Shown: positions 13,677-31,671 of the stretch, piece by piece
Position numbering within the stretch: position 1 is the stretch's first letter
Layout: every line of letters starts with the position of its first letter
Assembly: GCA_973851085.1 (NCBI GenBank)
Contig: OZ316775.1
Coordinates: forward strand, 12,152,001-12,216,000
DNA length: 64,000 nucleotides
Source of the DNA: Ptychomitrium polyphyllum
Taxonomy: Eukaryota
Direction: 5' to 3'
Program-made: the position numbers and the translations under genes
Notes under the pieces: model-generated
Told to the model about the DNA's origin: nothing
Databases searched by the model: none
Seen by the model: the letters and a program-made list of their open reading frames with translations, nothing else

Positions 13677-15625
13677 TTAACGATGTCCATGAAGTTGAGC
13701 CTCGAGTTCTTCCCGCCGTCTATGAACCTCCTGATAAAACCAATCACGATAAAAATTAACCAAAGTTTAAAAACGTGGAAGCCGAGATATAAGAATTATC
13801 AGATAGAACAATACCATTAAGCCAAATATGAGGCAGTACCTCAAGATCTTTTTGAGCTTGTTCCCTCCAATCTGCTTTATGCAGACGATTGCGTTTTAAG
13901 GTGCCGAGACACAACAATCCCTGCCATATAACACAAGGACAAGCTTTACGCCATCAACATTAAGAAATCTGAATCAAGTGCTGAAACAAGGTCACCAGAA
14001 AATTCTGAGCTCTAGTTTCTGAGCGCATGAGTTATCACCCTCGGCTCGAATCATGCACAAATTAATGTGAACGCGATTCAAGAAAAGTCATTGTCCCAAT
14101 AAGGAACTTACAGCCACAATGTAGACAATCCCACACATTAACAGCCACCAGCTGGCTATTTCGTGCAACAAACTCTCCGCCCTTGTCTCTCCACTTGCCC
14201 GTGCCAACACATATGTCAAAGATGCCACACTGTGCCCAACAATAGTACTGCATCAGCCTTCATTATCTTGGATTACAGTCTAAATGTTAACTAGTTCATT
14301 TCCAATCGAGGTTTTTAAGGATGAGAGCATGCGGATCATGGCAGTAGCCAAAAGGACAATAATAGGTTCATAGCAAATCAGTGGTTGACATAATCCTAGA
14401 TATGAAAAAATCGAAAAAGACTTGCGGCGGTTGAGATATGAAGAACTTACAAGACTTGAAGAAGGCCGCGACCTACCCAGTAATCCAACACCTGAAAAGA
14501 ATCCTTGTGTTAAATCAAGTCACAACAGCTAACCATCGAACTAGTAGGATAAAGCTCAAGTAAAATCTTCTTTGTTTTGTTACCTACTAGCTAGCAATTA
14601 TTAAATAGAGAATAACAATTCTATTAACAAGTTGACAGAGTCCGTGTGTATATTCACAGAACTTCAAGTTAAGCTCCAGACCAATAATCGTAACTATCAA
14701 AATGTGGAGAAGTCAGATACTTGAAGACAACTTTCAGCTAGCGAGTGGGAATTAATAAACCAAGCATAGATACTCATAGAAACCCTTCCTCACAATAACA
14801 GTACCAACACCATACTGCACAATCACATACAAAAGTTTGATAATGTTAACAAAACATGATATTTGGTAACGTTCATATTCGTGTTCAGAAACTGCATAAA
14901 GATGTAGGTTTACCTTCCAAAACCGGAGGATAGGCACCCACTCCGTCTCAGCAACAATAACGACGAGAGCGAATGCAACTGCAAAGAAGCGTAAGATACC
15001 AACAAATACCTGCAAAGATGTGCAAACACTCAAAGATCAACATCAACAAAAGCAAACTAAACCCCGAATTCTCCTCCCTAATTATAACCTCCTCCAAATC
15101 CAGGCACTAAAATCCTCAACGAATCCACTGAATGACCGCAATGGTACTATTGATCTTTTCAAAATCCAACATCCACATTGTGCTATGTGAGATGTTCTAA
15201 TTTGAAGTACTTAATCTTTACAATACAAAGGGAAAAATTGCCTAAAAAAACAGCATAATCGAACAAGACCAACAAATGGTCGAAACCAAATCGGTAATGG
15301 AAAAACCGAGAAGAGGAGAGGGGATCGGGTAACATACACTGACGCGGTAATCAAACCCACGGTAATCCAACGAGCGCAGAAGCGAGATGAGATTGACCAC
15401 CATACAGAGCAATCCACCCACAGCAGTGACGATGCTCAGCACGGCGCAGACGTAGAGCAGAGTGTCCTTCTGCGCAGTGGGAGGCCCATTCTGCGTCGGA
15501 CCTCCTGCAGCCTCGGCTGGCAACAGAGACGCCTCCAAGTCCCCTTCCGGCTGGGGCGAGGCGACTTCATGCCGACGCTCCTCCCCTGCGTTCACCGAGC
15601 TCGCCACTTCTTCCTTCTGCTCCAT
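13677..15625 (-). CDS. COPI-associated / TVP15-like small Golgi membrane protein, 6 exons
   Basis: Spliced reading: MEQKEE...DTLLYVCAVLSIVTAVGGLLCMVVNLISLL...VFVGILRFFAVAFALVVIVAETEWVPILRFWK|VLDYWVGRGLLQVF|VASLTYVL...LLHEIASWWLLMCGIVYIVA|GLLCLGTLKRNRLHKADWREQAQKDLE|EVHRRREELEAQLHGHR*. The AETEW..F.KVL.YW.GRG.LQ.F motif, four hydrophobic segments and a C-terminal coiled coil match the plant COPI_assoc family. The exon 1 donor is ambiguous by 6 nt. Confidence 0.85.
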
Positions 15626-16673
15626 CGCCCTCCACCACTCTCACCAAATTATTGATTTGAGTCCACAAGGCTGATTTACAGAGCAGAGTGGGTTGTAGAA
15701 TCAAATCAGCAACAAGAGATGATCGAAAGGAGCAGGACAAGGATGTATCTTTCAGCAGAGAAAGAGAAAGGAGCTAGATTTGACATTCTCGGAGCATTCT
15801 GGCGAGGCTGGGGCTATTGGGTGCCTTCCACGAGTCCGAGTGACGGTAATGCTGACTCGATAAAGCCAGCTGGTTGGCCACCATATATCCTCCACGTGGA
15901 ATGCTCATTTGAACAAGTCACGATTCTTCAGGGGATAAGGACCCGAATGAAGTCCAGGAGCATCTTCAGAACTTCCCAGACTTTCACATGGAACTAAATC
16001 TACAAAGTTTTTGCTGGAAGTTGGTTTTGATCATTGAGTACTGGTTTAGAGCAGTGGAGAACGTGTAAACGTAGATGTTTTGTTTCAGTCTCAGCAAAAT
16101 ATGATACAAGCTGAAACTTATGGTTTAAGGAACCTCTAGTTTCTCCATGATTCGGAATTTACCTCACAGGAATTCGGGATGCAGGGGGCGAGAGAATAGT
16201 ATACTTTGGAAACTGAGACTTACGTTGAAGTTCCATGCAGTGCTTGAAAGTCGGAAGGTTTTGTCAAATGCTTTGGTTACAAGTAAAAGATGTCGTTGCT
16301 GCATTGGAGAAAATGAGAGACAAAATTTGACCTTTATAAAGCGTTGTTATTTAGAATCTATTACAGTAGCTGCAGAGAGTATCAAAGTTGTGTGCACTTT
16401 GCACCTTAGTGGTCAAGCCACACCAATTTAATTTTCCAGACTAGTGGAATCAAAAGGCGAGAGTAACCTCAAAACTGATGTTCTGTCTCTTTGAAGACCC
16501 GATACAATCGGTCAATCAAGATACTGGCAAAAATTAATGAAAAGAATGTCTTAGCAAAACTCAGTAGGCTGATAAAGGGCCGTATCTATTAGGAAGGACT
16601 TCACTGACATTGGCAGGGAGAATTCCTGGAAGCTAAGTTGGGGATGATTTTCATTCATATTTCATCTCCAGCT

Positions 16674-20649
<3,976 letters not shown>

Positions 20650-23600
20650 TGTCGCAAAGATAGCGCGTGGCCTTCCAAAGAACGCTCCCCTGTTCAATGC
20701 ACCACCAGCAAACCAGACTCAGAGTCCCATCCTCTTCAACCAAGAATCCCACTTTGTGTGCCGATCGCCAATAAGGAGCCACCAAGCCCCAGAGAACAAA
20801 ATCCCAACTTCCTATCAAACAAGCAAAAGAAATTTACTTCCTCCCTATTCTCATTCATCACCACAACCTCCCAAGCAAAGAGAACCTCTCCCGCACCAAC
20901 AAATCTCAAACCGCAGCCTAAGCAAAATCCCCATTCAACAACAGCCCCCAACAATCAACCCAAAGCAAACTCAGCTACCCAGTCAGCCAAATGGTCACAA
21001 TCCCCTCAATCATTGCTCCTCAATATCACCACCTTCTCGCCAGAACCGAAAAAGAAAAGCATCACACCACATACACCCAATCGATGGCCGAAGACCCCAC
21101 CATCACAATAGAGGAACCGCCACAAAAGCGCTCTCAAACCTCACCCCTACAGTCGAATGAACCTCAAAGGCTGCAACGAAAGGCAAGACTCAGTGAAAAG
21201 TCACAACTTAGACTTGGTGTGGACTTACAGAGCCTACACGGAAGATGGTCCGGAGAGAAGCACAATGATGGTGCACACAGGCTCGTATTCCAGAAGAGAG
21301 GTCTCAATCACTGTGGTTGAATTGAGCACGGCAGTGCTGCAATAAGTAGACGGCTCCAGGGGGGCAATGTTGGAGCGTGGGAAGGACATGATATCTCGGT
21401 GATAGCCCTGACTAGGAACAAAATTTGGTGCTCTACACTTGGGCTACTTGGGCCACGCTGATCGACAATTGCATGGCGACGTCACCACGCCACGAGCACT
21501 GCTGCCTATGGGTGCAGTGCGCCCAGGAGCGCAGTCAGAGCGGCGCGACGGAGTATAGTAATATTCTGTGGTTAGGACGGCACGGGTCATGAGCAGTGCC
21601 TGCGCATGGGACTGCAGAGACACAACCCACAGTGACGGAGCGCCACTCTGCAAACCAAAAGTCACGCTTTCACGGAACAATGACGCCGCGCGCTCCGCAG
21701 CCCACAGCAGGGAATGCAAGTGCGGCGTGACGGATCCATTCCACGGGCTTTTCTATGAGCGCCTCCGCAGCCCCCTGCAGTCTCATCCGTCTCTCGCGTC
21801 CTGCGTGAGCTCTGTTCGTTCGTCCACGTTTCATCCATCCGCCTGACGCCAAATATCTTCCTGTCTCGTGCTTTCCGTCCTGCTCTCGAGAGTCGCCTTC
21901 AGTGTTCGAGTCCGTTCTGTGCAGCGGCGTGGAGTGTTTTTTGTTTTCTTCTACCCCAGCTTCTGACATGTAGAAGGCGAAGTCCAAGAAGGACGACCTT
22001 TTGCAGCATATTGCGTTCGTACCCCTTCTGGACTTTGCATTTCTACCTGTTCTGTGATGTAGCATTCTTTTACTCATTTTGGTCATAGCATTCTTCTTCA
22101 TTTTGTTTTTGGGACCTTTGGTTTTTGTAACTAGCCCTTGGATTGATTGGGGTGATTTAAAGGGTTTTGTTTGTGAGTTGGGCATATGCTTGGTATATGT
22201 TGTATTGGGATATTCAAAGAGGAAAATGTTATGAAGCTGAAAGGTTATATTGAGGGTTTAATTAAGGCATATTCAAAAATCACAACATTTTTTAGTGCTT
22301 TTTTTGAACAACTTCTTTTTAGGAGAATTATTTTATTTTTCAAAGGTGTAATAACATTTTTTAAATATTTCAAAATGTTATATTAGTGAAGATTGAGGGA
22401 ATCTCTATATTGTCATCTAAGTAGTATCTTGGCTTCATGTTTTCATTGTTATGTGTCTTTACCATCATTTATTATTGATTTGCAATTATCAAAAGAAAAG
22501 GTAAGTTGCTCAATTGCTAAAGAATGTTATTGATTTTGATTAAACAAATCATTGTCAATTAAATGTCTTTTCCTTGTGATATTAATAGTGATGTATTTAT
22601 GTATTTTTTAAAGTTCAAAAAATGGTTATTTTTTTGTTTTTAAACATGTCAAAAATGAAGAAGAAGAATTATTTAAGATGGGCTTGGTAGTAGTAGGCTA
22701 TTCTTTTTTGTTCAAATATTATTTCTAACAATGACTTGAAATGGCTATTTATATTTTTTAAGCCATAAAATATATAAAAGTATATGACACTATATAAACT
22801 ATTTCTCAATAGTATCACCTATAAAATGATTTAACATGACAATGAACATCATATGACACTAATTGACATTTTACTGTAGCTATGGGAACAAAGGAAGACC
22901 ATGATAAAGAAAGAGAAGCTTATATTGCTCTTATAGGCTAGCATACAAATGTGTATAGTGGTGGGACCAACCAAAACAATTGCATGCATTTGAAAATCAA
23001 CTTTGAATATACTCTCTACTTGGATATTCCAAATTAAATCCAAATTATGCTCTGTTTCCCAGACTGAAACAAACATCTTCTCCAGAATTTGTAAATTTGT
23101 AGGGTGTATCAAGCTTAAATTCTATTCAAGTTTTAGTTGTTATGTGGCTTGGTCACTTTTGATTGTCATACCCATGAGCAGCTCAAAATCAAAGCCTGCC
23201 ATTTGGAAAAGATGACACAGTGATTTGAGCACTTCAAGGTCACAATGTTACCTACCAAATAAATCATGCACCAAACATTGCAGAGCATGACTCATAGCAG
23301 AAAATAAATTGACAAGGATTGCACATTTTGCAACTAAGGGCTCATAAAACTCCCATGTTGGAAATGGACCAATTGTACAGCTTGGTTTGATGATCAAAGG
23401 AAGGGCTACAACCTTATATGTCCCACCACTTGATGTACTGGAGAGTAAAATAAAACACACCACTTAAATACTGTATTAGCAAGGAGGCACAGAAGACATG
23501 CATAATCTACTGGGAAAAAAAAACAATCTGAGCATGAGATGGGAGCAGCAAGCACCTCACCATCATCCAGCCTCAAGACTTCTGTGTTGGTCTGATTCTA

Positions 23601-25649
23601 AGCCCAGGAATTATGATTTTCTGTTTAGCAAGGCGGTTCCTTTTTAATTGATTGCAAAAGGGACCACCATGTTACCAGTGAGTTAATGGAAGTCGGTCTT
23701 GGAGGTGATGGGCACGAGGTATGAGTTTCAGAGCCCCTGCCAGAAGCAAATCTGATAGGCTTACCTGATGTGTGTACCTACTAATCAGGTGGATCAGTTA
23801 GGGTGCAGGAAAGAGGAAGAATGTGCTTGGTGTTGATTTCGTGATACTATTGAACTGAGATTTGGTGATGGTGGCAAATGAGAACTTGTAATACTGTAGT
23901 CACATAGCTTGACAAACATTTTGATATTTTCTTATGATAGGTGCCGTCAAAACAAATCTTTCTTGAACTCTACTTTTTCTTTTCCAAAATTTTCCTAAGA
24001 GTTTGTCATTTGCTTTTACAATCAATTAAGGACAGATATGCTATGTAAGTGGGCTGTTCAGATACACCATAGTCATTAGCTGTAGGAATAGTATGTTTTG
24101 ACACAAGTGAATCCTTTTGTCAAAGTAGCTGAAGAATGTCAGTTTGGTTGTACCTAACCAGTAACAACCATGTGATAAGCAGTTTTGATTTTCAAATAGC
24201 ACAGTGAGTCACCTCAAGTCACAGCGGCTTCCTATGCGGTGGAGAAGGGGTCACAAATTTTCTACAAGATCCCAAAAGTCAGTACAGAAATTGTGCACCA
24301 CCCCTCTCCCAAAATATAATTCTATCTCCAAAGGAATGATCTGTGTCAAAAGGTTCAATAGAAGGTTAGGAGAATCCGAGAATTCGTGAACCTAGTTCAT
24401 CTATTTTGATTTCCACATCCATTCTCTTGTGGCAACTTGCATTTGTTTTATATGATTTAATATTACTTTCTTACATTCTAAGGTGAAGGTGAGATCTTAT
24501 AACTACTAAGGAATTTTTTGTTGACTATGCTCTAGTAGATAAACTTGTCTAAGAAAACATGAATTACCTCCATTTAGAAGGTGGTTAACATTGGTAGTAT
24601 TATATATAGGATTCATGTTTTTTGACATGCTTCAATCACACAATGTAATGATAAGTATTCAAATTTGAAAGTTTATTGAAGGGTAGATAATTAAGTTTAA
24701 TATCCTTAAAATTAAACTTTAAGACCAATTTTGATTTTTAGATTTGTATAAAATATCAAATTTTTTATTTGTTGAAATAAACATTCTCTTATTTCTAAAT
24801 TTTTTTATCACATGATTATATAATATAATATTAATTAATTATAGCATTATCTTAATTTAGCAAACAATATTTATCTAAATCCTTTGTTTTCAATAAAATT
24901 TTATTGCAAACTTAAAATATACGTTATTTTTCTTCTACTTATTTAAAATTTCTTAAATTTAGTATCTTTTGTATTATTTAACGAACCAACCAATACAACC
25001 ACAGAAATAGTGTGATTGGTTAACACAACTTGCCATATTATATTAAAATACATAAAAATTTTAAAGTAAGATTTGCAAAGTTAAATACTGTCCTCTATTG
25101 TGTATATTAGAATCCATGAATATTTAAAATGTGTTTTTTTCAATTAATTTTATTCAAAGTGATTCAAATTTTATTTAAAAAAATTCATTTCATATAAATG
25201 GAAAAGTGTAAGAACATTGAAGCTTTTCATAAAATGAATGAAAAATATTGAAAAATATTGAAGTGAAACCAATATTGAAAAGGCAATATAAGATGCTTTA
25301 ATATAAATTTAAGAATCTTTTCTGAAAAACATCGAACACTCCATTTAGTAATAGCTTCTAATTAAGTATCTAGTTATTGCTTATAGTTTCCATTTCCTAA
25401 TGCATGTTGATTTAAATGGATATGTTGATCTGTGAATGCTAAGAGTTAGGTTATAGACGAACAGTTACCTTTAACATTAGCAGTTTACAGGTTATTTGTT
25501 AACATTTACAAGTTAACTTTTACCATGTATAGGTTAGTTTTAGCCTTTACTATAGCCTGTAAAGGTCAAATGTCAACATTTACTGGTCGATTATTAGCAT
25601 TTACAGGTTAACTGTTTGAAACATACAGGGAAGGCAGCAGCCAGTACAT

Positions 25650-25770
25650 GAGAGGGAAAGAGAAAGAGAGAGAAAGAGAAAGAGAGAGAAAGAGAGAAAA
25701 AGAGAAAGAGAAAGAGAAAGAGAAAGGGAAAGAGAAGAGAGAGAGAGAAAGAGAAAGAGAGAGATAGAGT
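25650..25770. repeat. Purine-rich (GAGAAA)n/(GA)n simple repeat
   Basis: Directly visible GAGAAA and GA units over ~120 bp. Confidence 0.9.
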
Positions 25771-26989
25771 GGGAAGTGAGAAGAGGGAAGATCAAGCAGG
25801 TCATGGGCATGGTCAAGCTGCGTCAAGGAGCATGCGTCAAGGAGCATGTGTGGGGGTGGAACAGATACCGGTGCTGATGAGCTCCCGCGATGGTCGTCGT
25901 TGGCGTTAAGCAAGGGCTGACGCACCATCCCCCGGCGGCCCAGATCCACTGTGCTTTCCACGTCGACCGCGTTTGCTATCTTTTTCGCTGACGTGGCCCC
26001 AGGCCCAGCCTTACTGTCCTGGCTCATCCTCGATCATTCTCGCCTATTTCTGTCGTGTTCTGCCCCCCTCTCCCACGCACCCACCTGCACACCCTGCTTC
26101 CACGGTTATGGGCTCAGTCTTCTGAGACTGAATTCAACCAATAAGATTACCAGTGGGGGGCCACAGCTTCACTTCACCTTTTATATTCAGCACCTTGCTG
26201 TTGTGAGCTCGGAAGAGGTGATCAGGAATTTGTCACATAGGTGGCCCTGTCATCCAGCGTTAAGATGTACAGCACCTTGCTTGTTTCCAGCTGGATGATG
26301 CACCCTGACTTCTATATTGTGATTATGGTATTAGGTTTTAGGTGAGTCTGGGTTTATATGCTAGATGAGTGTTCTTTATCAGGAGGAAAGGGAGATGTTG
26401 ATATTGTTTTGTATAATTGATCGTCTGTAAATACAAGTGGTAAAAAGTGTCTGTTTGAAAATTTCAACTTCTTGGTTAACTATCTTCAGTAAGTGAAAGA
26501 CCTCAAGAGGACAATCAAATATGAATTATATTCAGTGCATTTCAAAACAAGTAATAAAAAGTAAACTTCTACTACTGCCTTTAATTTCAATTGAATATTT
26601 AAGAAACAAAACAATGCCATTGAGATGGGATCTCTAATACCAAGCAAATACTTATAACTTTACTATGCCTCCATGTTCACCTTCGTCCTCATCTTCTAGT
26701 TCAAAAACAATTCAAGACTCAGTAATATTAGCATAGTCTATTATGGCCACATAAAAATAGATCATTTAGTGTTGCTCATACTAAAAATAAACCAAATTTT
26801 TTCACTCAAGATGAATAATTTCCCAATTATGTTTATGAAAGGTCAGAAACATAATTATTTTGGGCAGTTGCCAAACTACATCGATGTGCTGCACATCTCT
26901 AATTCAGGAAATAGTTAAGCTTGATAAATGAGAAGAAATACATGTTAGAGCTATCAAGAGAATTTCAAAGTGTAGCTTCAACCTGAAAT

Positions 26990-28247
26990 GTAATGGCCGT
27001 CCCCTCAGCAAAACCGTAATCTCAGAGAATGAAGGCCTCAAGTTTGAATCTGGATCCCAACAGTTTGTAATCAAACTCCTCACTCTAGCATCCAAAATTC
27101 TCGGCAATGTTGGTCTTTGACCCTTTATGAACAGAGCACGACCAACTTTCGTATCTTCAAGTTCACCGGCGAATGGAGATCCTCCCAGTCAGTCTCAAAA
27201 TACGTCATGCCATAACTGTACACATCAGCTTTCTCCCATTGCTATTCTCAAATGGCTTCCCTATTCTCTATCCCTAACAATATTTCAGGTGCTCTCCAAA
27301 ATCCGGTTCCTAAAACTCCAATCAAGCACTCAAAATCTGCTATAGGTAAAGGTTTACCATCCGCATGATCATCATGAACTCCGTAAGAAAAAGAAATATG
27401 GGAAGCTTTCAAGCCCCTGTTAAAAACGCCATTGTTGTGTAACATTTCCATTTCCTTTGCAACATCTCACATGATGATCCCAGAGCACATTGTCGCTTGA
27501 TCCCACTCATAGCGAAATGGTGGACCTTGGATACCATCGATATTCTTCTCTTGCATTGCCAAGTCAATTAGCTTCCGCAAGTCGCCCCAATATCTTCTCA
27601 TAACGAACGCAAACCTGCCATACTCCAAATTCACTCCACAACGAATGCACTGGCAAACTTCCTTCATTGAGTACCTGAAGGGGCCACAGCTGCCGGAATT
27701 GTAAGAATGATCCTCTCCCCCAAACGCATTTAATACATCATGGTCAACTCCAGATGCGCTTTCGGCTTGTTCCACCCTTTCCGATAATCAAACCCAATCC
27801 AAAAGCCAGATTACTATTATATTGTCCAATCTTTCGAAAAGGCACCGCACTCAAAATTGTTCCACAACTCCTTAAAGACCTTCCCGTTTTCTCGATTCTG
27901 TTCTTCTCTTCTTCAAGGAGAGGTGGAAGGCGAGTCACGTCACTACAGTGCGGCTTTGAAAACTAAATCTCAAGCTCAGTCTGGTCGGAGAACTTGCTTC
28001 TGCTCTACATCATTGCCTCACAGCGAGCAGAATAGTATTCCGACCTTCCAGACGTTGATACACCATCTGCACTCGTCTCGGTTTCTTTACGTGCATTCTC
28101 ATCGGTAAAGAACGAAGGTTCTTCGACATTAGCAGTGTAGAAACAGGAGGCATCTGTGGCGGAAGAGGGGCTTGTCATGATTTTCTCCGCCTGGGTTTCC
28201 AAAGTAATTTCGTCGGCTAAAGATTCCATATCACTTGTATCACTCAA
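26990..28247 (-). pseudogene. Intronless decayed TKL-like protein kinase
   Basis: Subdomains appear in order: FAFVMRRYWGDLRKLID...IM*DVAKEMEMLHNNGVFNRGLKASH (HRDLKASN degenerate)...IADFECLIGVLGTGFWRAPEIL...I*E*QWEKADVYSYGMTYFE (frameshift) ...GQRPTLP...LITNCWDPDSNLRPSFSEI. There are several stops and frameshifts. The 5' boundary is approximate. Confidence 0.88.
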
Positions 28248-28605
28248 CCCTCTTCAGATAACAAAACTATGAGCCTTAAAACCTGGACCAAAAAACCTAC
28301 AAGTCACACACAGGTGCAGCACTCAGTTTTAGACACTAAGTTATGTTAATCCATGGATTCATAATTTCATTTTCAGATGATTATTGACCAGAACGTGAAC
28401 AGAAAAGCAACAAATTTGATAAGTGCAACCACCAAACTCATCTGAGTTTGGCACCAATCCTCAATCATTGCAAAGCGAAACCATATCACAGAAAGCTTAA
28501 AAAGATTAGCCCTGGGCTAGCGGTTCAAAGAAAGGGCTAACTTCAGCTGCTCTTAGAGATATCTAGCCCTTTTCAGAACCATTAGCACCCCGTATTACTA
28601 AGAAT

Positions 28606-29355
28606 TTAGTCCCGGGCTACTCTTCCAAAGCTTCCATTTAACATCTCAATCAAGCATGTCAGATGCTTGTCATTTACAGAAGCCTCACAATACCTCAAAA
28701 TTGCAAAGTTCTCTAAAGAAATGTTTTCCTCAAAGTGAAATGTTCGCAGATTTTCAAGTACACTGTTCACTGAAGCATATCGACCATTTATGAGCATGGT
28801 CGTAGCTTGTTCACTCCCATCGTTGTTCCGATGAGCTACACCTCCTCGGTAGCGACATCCGCAGATTTCTGATAAAGCTTGAAACCCTAATTTCCAATGT
28901 AGTAGAAGAGAAGGCAGCATCTCCGCAAACTCACCACAAACCAAGTCCCAGGTATAAGAAGCAGAAGAGTAAGCACCAATGAACACATACCTCAAGTATC
29001 GACTACGTGCTCGGAGCATATTGCGATCGCCTCCGAAGTTATCAACGCCAACAGCATCTCATCCGTCACACCCAAATTCCTCAGCAGCAAATCCTAATAT
29101 CCTCACTGGCAAGGATCTTTGACTTACGAGTAGAGCTGCAATCTGACAAGAAAGAATCACGCGAAAAACTCACCCTCTAACCAGTTGAAGGAGAAGAGCA
29201 GGATCCTTACCAACAGAGGAGACGATGAATGAATCTAATGCACATTCATGAACTCCGTCCCAGCTTGCTTCTGACTTCGATGTTTCGCATTGCTCGAAGA
29301 GTTGTTGCTTTTGTTTAGATGATGTAGGGTTTACAGTTGCATATCCGGGTTGCAA
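28606..29355 (-). pseudogene. Possible decayed F-box/LRR gene remnant
   Basis: Fragments in different frames loosely resemble an F-box (SWDGVHECALDSFIVSSV) and FBXL-type LRRs (LLLRNLGVTDEMLLALI; LENFAILRYCEASVNDKHL). No continuous frame. Confidence 0.25.
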
Positions 29356-30366
29356 TAAATACGAAAGGTCTAGATGCCATGGAGAGTGTGTCTTAACTCA
29401 ATACAATCCTCCATGTCTTCTACATAGCCCAGTTTTGATGGGAACTAAGCGCATTTTTCAGCTCAGCACTATCAAGCTCAGGCATGGAATTCCGGAGAGG
29501 TAGTATTTGGATCTTTCATTCAATTGGTAGTTTTTTATGACTGGATTATAGTCACATGTTCCAGTTGACTACGATAGTTGTGTTTATTTCGCATCTTGGT
29601 GCAGTTGATTGAAGTTTGACGTTTGTTGCAAAAAATCAACTGTTGGAGGTCGCAAAGTGCTTGCTCGCAGGCTTGCTAAGGGAAGAAAGGGGTTTTGAGC
29701 CTAAAAGCAAATCTTAGGCTTCTATTTCCGGCGTTGTAGTCGGTTTGAAAAACTGCGAAAACGAGAACCTACAGGGTTTGAAAGAATCTATCCTCTGCGT
29801 TAGGTGGGTGATTGATAGGCCAATGCCATTCGGAATCATGGAGGTTCCCATGTTTTTCCAGAAGAACGCAGCAGTCATGACCCTACCATCAGATACTCAC
29901 AGTTTAGGGATTCCCAGGCCTTCATCTGTTGGATTCAAGGGTAGCGTTCCCCTTTTGGATTCCTTAAATGGTAAAGGAATTTGTGCTAGAACGGCTGGAG
30001 GTGGCTGTACACGTGCTACATTGTGGCTGTACAATATGGCTTTACTGGGAAGCTCCTTTGCCGAACCTTTTCTGGTCCAGGCGTTCTTCATGCCAGATAC
30101 TGTATACAAGATTCATATAAGGTCTCACTATGAGGCTTTCATTGATCTCAAAAGTGGTATGCACAGTTTGTGACTACTACATATTCTGTAAAGCCAAGCT
30201 TTGTGTAGACTTGAACATAATGATAATAAGGGAGATCCTGCGGTTGTATAAACCTAAATTCAAAAGTTTCTGAAGTTACTAATTTCTCTAATGTATAACC
30301 AAGTCGGGAAATCACCCGGTTTTCAGGAAGTGTGCACTATTGGGAAGATGAGGTGATGGTGCAAAG

Positions 30367-31671
30367 CTACAGAAGGAAAGAGTTGAGGGGGCTCTGAAAC
30401 ACTTTCTTACCACGGAGGTGCATGATCTGTTCCACCATCCCCTTGTATACAAAAGGCCGGTACTGCAGGGGGTGATGGTCGTCAACCAGTGCCGGAGGAG
30501 GGATGATCATGGTGTGGGGAAGAGGACCGAAGAAGTGCACCACCGTCAGTCTGGGTTCGGTCGAGTTCACAAGCACCCTGTGCATCACGCTCCTGACTCT
30601 TCCGTTACTCCACGCCTGCGGGCACGCATGCATGGTTCAGGAGTGTTAAATGACATACTTAATGCTATCAGGTGAATTTAGAAACAGGGATCTGGTGGTT
30701 TTGCACGACGTATCTGGAAGGTATCTCCGATGTTGATTACCAAAGTGTCCGGCTGGGCTTCACAGTGATCCACTCATCGTCCTTGAGCACTCGCAACCCG
30801 GAGACGGTGTCCTGTAGGAGAATCGTGAAGATGTTGAAATCCGAATGAGGTTAGATTCCCAGAGTGCGGGACGGTTGCGGGCACGGAGGGTAGTAGTTCA
30901 AGCGCACGGTGGAAGTGGTTGATTCCGCGAAGTGCTGAGAGAATGTTGTTGCGTCGAGGCCGAGACCTAATGTCACTAATTCTGTGAGCCGGACGGCCAG
31001 CTTCTCCGTCTTCGAGGCGTACTCTACCACTACACCACTTCAAAATGCCCCACACATAACATCGACCCTCATCTTCAGGAACCTAAAATTGTAACAAATC
31101 ACAAGCCGCTCAAACTCTACGATTCATGGCTCCTGGACTGACACATAATTTTCAGATGGCCATAGCCAGGATACGATTGTAGCTGTACTGCTCACCAGAA
31201 ATCTTGAAACTTAGCGTACGGGAGCGCGACTTGCTCAAAGTGCTGGCGTACTCAAGACACAGGTGTCCATTCCATGTCGAAGGCCTCCATCCAATCGTCG
31301 GAAAAGTAGGTGCGGGCTTTGGCGACGCCATAACCATGAAAGTTGTTAGCCCTGAATGCGGCCACTCTCTCTTTCTGCTGCAATGGCAGCTGGAAGAACA
31401 AGTGCGAGTGCGCTCGCAGCCGGTCCAGAAGCGCCAGCGGCACGCCGTGGTTGTTGATTCGGAAGAAGCCCAAGTCCCGGCACGCCGCGGCCAGTTGCTG
31501 CTCAGGGTGAGCGGAGTGGAGATCGATGCAGGGCACCGCTTGAGAAGTGGCTGCATGGGCGTTGGGCGTGGGCAGTGACTGGTCAATTGGTTGCCGGTGG
31601 ATAAACTCCTCCAGCGTGCGAGACAGTAGGAGCCCCGAGTTTCGAACGATACTTTGGGCAGAGAGCATCAT
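30367..31671 (-). pseudogene. 2-oxoglutarate/Fe(II) dioxygenase (DOXC class), 3 exons, inactivated
   Basis: Motifs: VPCIDL...LAAACRDLGFFRINNHGVP...RLNYYPPCP...PHSD...TILLQD...INIGDTFQ|AWSNGRVRSVMHRVLVN..PRLT. Lesions: TGA at 31252-31254, TAA at 30851-30853, a 1-nt frameshift near 30755, and the intron-2 donor reads ATACGT instead of GT at 30713. Confidence 0.93.

Noticed and set aside
25440..26027. Loose TTTACAGGTTA subrepeats and a 139-aa minus ORF
   Set aside because: No terminal inverted repeats found; the ORF has no recognisable domain and runs into the GA-rich repeat.
29745..30173. 142-aa plus-strand ORF
   Set aside because: No recognisable motif in any frame and no splice context.
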